From NCBI GenBank assembly GCA_001563335.1, contig LRSL01000020.1, positions 1 through 24,189 of the forward strand: a stretch of 24,189 bases of DNA, given 5' to 3'. The position numbers and the translations under genes were made by a program. Shown one piece after another: positions 22,821-24,189 of the stretch. The stretch is from Candidatus Thorarchaeota archaeon SMTZ1-45 (GTDB lineage: Archaea > Asgardarchaeota > Thorarchaeia > Thorarchaeales > Thorarchaeaceae). The stretch's first letter is position 1. Every line of letters begins with the position of its first letter. Below the pieces are notes generated by a model that saw nothing but the letters and a program-made list of their open reading frames with translations, was not told where the DNA came from and made no database searches.

Positions 22821-24189
22821 ATGAAAAGAAGTGAACTGCTTGCAATTACATCTGTTGTAGTCACGCTTTTGTTGGTTTCTCTATTGTATCTTGCATCACA
22901 AGGATTCTGGAATGGGGCAACTGATTCTTCACCTGATATAATCATATATAATGGTGAAATCGTGACTATGGAGCAATCCCCCGCCCAAGTCGAGGCTGTA
23001 GCCATCCAAGGTGAGTATATTGTTGCTGAAGGCGATGAGAATGATATCCTCGCGATGGCAGGACCAAACACCCAATTCATCGATCTTGAAGGAAGGACAC
23101 TCCTACCGGGTTTCAATGACGCTCATTCTCATCATATAGGTGACCGGAGTTATGTGAACCAATCAACAGCAGAAGAAGTGATTGAATCAGTACTTAGCTG
23201 TGGATGGACTAGCATTTCTGAACTCTTTGTGAATCAAGAACGACTGGATGGACTCATATCTTTGGATCAACAGGACAACCTTCACGTTCGTGTCAATGCC
23301 TATCTTCCACTAAGCTGGCAATTTGATAGGTTCGGCAATTGGTATCAAGCTTATCAACCCGGACAAGAATATAGTTCAAAGCTGAGGATAGGAGGAGTGA
23401 AGATCTTCATGGACGGTTGGATCACCAATTGGGACCACTATTTCGACCAGACTGAATTGGCTGGACTCGTCAAGGAAGCTCATGATGCTGGGTTCCAGAT
23501 TGCTATACATAGTGTTACGGACACTGCTACAGATGTTGTCCTGAACTCGCTCGAATCGGCCCTAGATGGGCAATCGAATGATGCGTATAGACACCGTATT
23601 GAACATCTTGTCCTACTCAGAAACGAGCAAATGCAGAGAATGAGCGACCTTGGAATTCTCGCTTCTTTCCAACTCACATGGTTCAACTCAGATGATGTAG
23701 AATATTACCAATTTCCGATTTATGAGGAGTATTCGGACCTTATAGCAAGATGGCGAGATATTGTAGAAGCGGGAATACCCTCACTCGGAAGTACTGATTT
23801 TCCGTGGAATCTGGGAGAGCATAGATCTGCTATGAGAGCGGTTTCTTTAGCAGTCACTAAAATCGGGGACAAAGGGCTCACTCCCCCTGATTGGATGTTG
23901 AATCAGTCCCTCAGCGTGGAGCAGGCCCTCCGGCTCATAACAATCGACGCGGCTTACGGCACATTTCAAGAAGACACTAAGGGGAGCATTAAGGTCGGGA
24001 AACTTGCAGACCTGGTGATGCTCTCAGACAATCCCCTGACAGTTTCGGAAGACAATTTGGCTGACATAGAGGTGCTTATGACGATGGTTGGAGGCGTTGT
24101 GGAATACACTGCTCCTGGACAACAATTTCTATCTGCAAGGTGCGTGGGAGCTGGCAGTCAAACAGAAGAGGGCGCAAACCAACCGATCA
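22821..24189 (+). CDS. Partial amidohydrolase family 3 (YtcJ-like) protein with an N-terminal TM anchor/signal; runs off the right edge
   Basis: Manual translation: MKRSELLAITSVVVTLLLVSLLYLA..., IYNGEIVTM, IDLEGRTLLPGFNDAHSH, VKIFMDG, QIAIHS, RHRIEH, GSTDFP, KGSIKVGKLADLVML. Absent from the ORF track because it has no stop in the window. Confidence 0.92.
   Translation, partial: MKRSELLAITSVVVTLLLVSLLYLASQGFWNGATDSSPDIIIYNGEIVTMEQSPAQVEAVAIQGEYIVAEGDENDILAMAGPNTQFIDLEGRTLLPGFNDAHSHHIGDRSYVNQSTAEEVIESVLSCGWTSISELFVNQERLDGLISLDQQDNLHVRVNAYLPLSWQFDRFGNWYQAYQPGQEYSSKLRIGGVKIFMDGWITNWDHYFDQTELAGLVKEAHDAGFQIAIHSVTDTATDVVLNSLESALDGQSNDAYRHRIEHLVLLRNEQMQRMSDLGILASFQLTWFNSDDVEYYQFPIYEEYSDLIARWRDIVEAGIPSLGSTDFPWNLGEHRSAMRAVSLAVTKIGDKGLTPPDWMLNQSLSVEQALRLITIDAAYGTFQEDTKGSIKVGKLADLVMLSDNPLTVSEDNLADIEVLMTMVGGVVEYTAPGQQFLSARCVGAGSQTEEGANQPI

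Noticed and set aside
22802-23686. Minus-strand ORFs 22802-23116 and 23480-23686
   Set aside because: Antisense shadows of the amidohydrolase starting at 22821.
13656-24189. Integrase, transposase or provirus that would explain the scars
   Set aside because: No tyrosine/serine recombinase, DDE or viral motifs were recognisable in any ORF, so no mobile element is called.

Overview
Archaeal genomic window, tentatively Asgard/Thorarchaeota-like (inferred from archaeal tRNAs with bulge-helix-bulge (BHB) introns, TATA-type promoters and gene content; not a database result). The left half (1-13.7 kb) holds mostly housekeeping/metabolic genes: a PyrE-like phosphoribosyltransferase, two degenerate ferritin-like paralogues, D-aminoacylase, dUTPase, PadR plus a membrane protein, FTR1 iron permease, a Staygreen-family protein, peroxiredoxin, a methyltransferase, a TPR protein and a corrinoid protein. 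It also holds four unusual minus-strand tRNA genes: tRNA-Val(GAC) with a canonical intron plus two tandem near-identical 31-nt D-arm introns; tRNA-Phe(GAA) with a T-loop intron; and a tandem pair of Val-bodied tRNAs with Ile anticodons (GAT, TAT). The right half (about 14-24.2 kb) is a string of unrelated one- or two-gene units. Most boundaries between them carry a co-oriented, decayed copy of a tRNA 3' end (T-arm, acceptor strand, CCA), and the copies tend to be more intact toward the right. This looks like an integron-like cassette array delimited by tRNA 3'-end scars, with no integrase in the window, and is the main candidate for an undescribed system. Several of the scars are weak individually.
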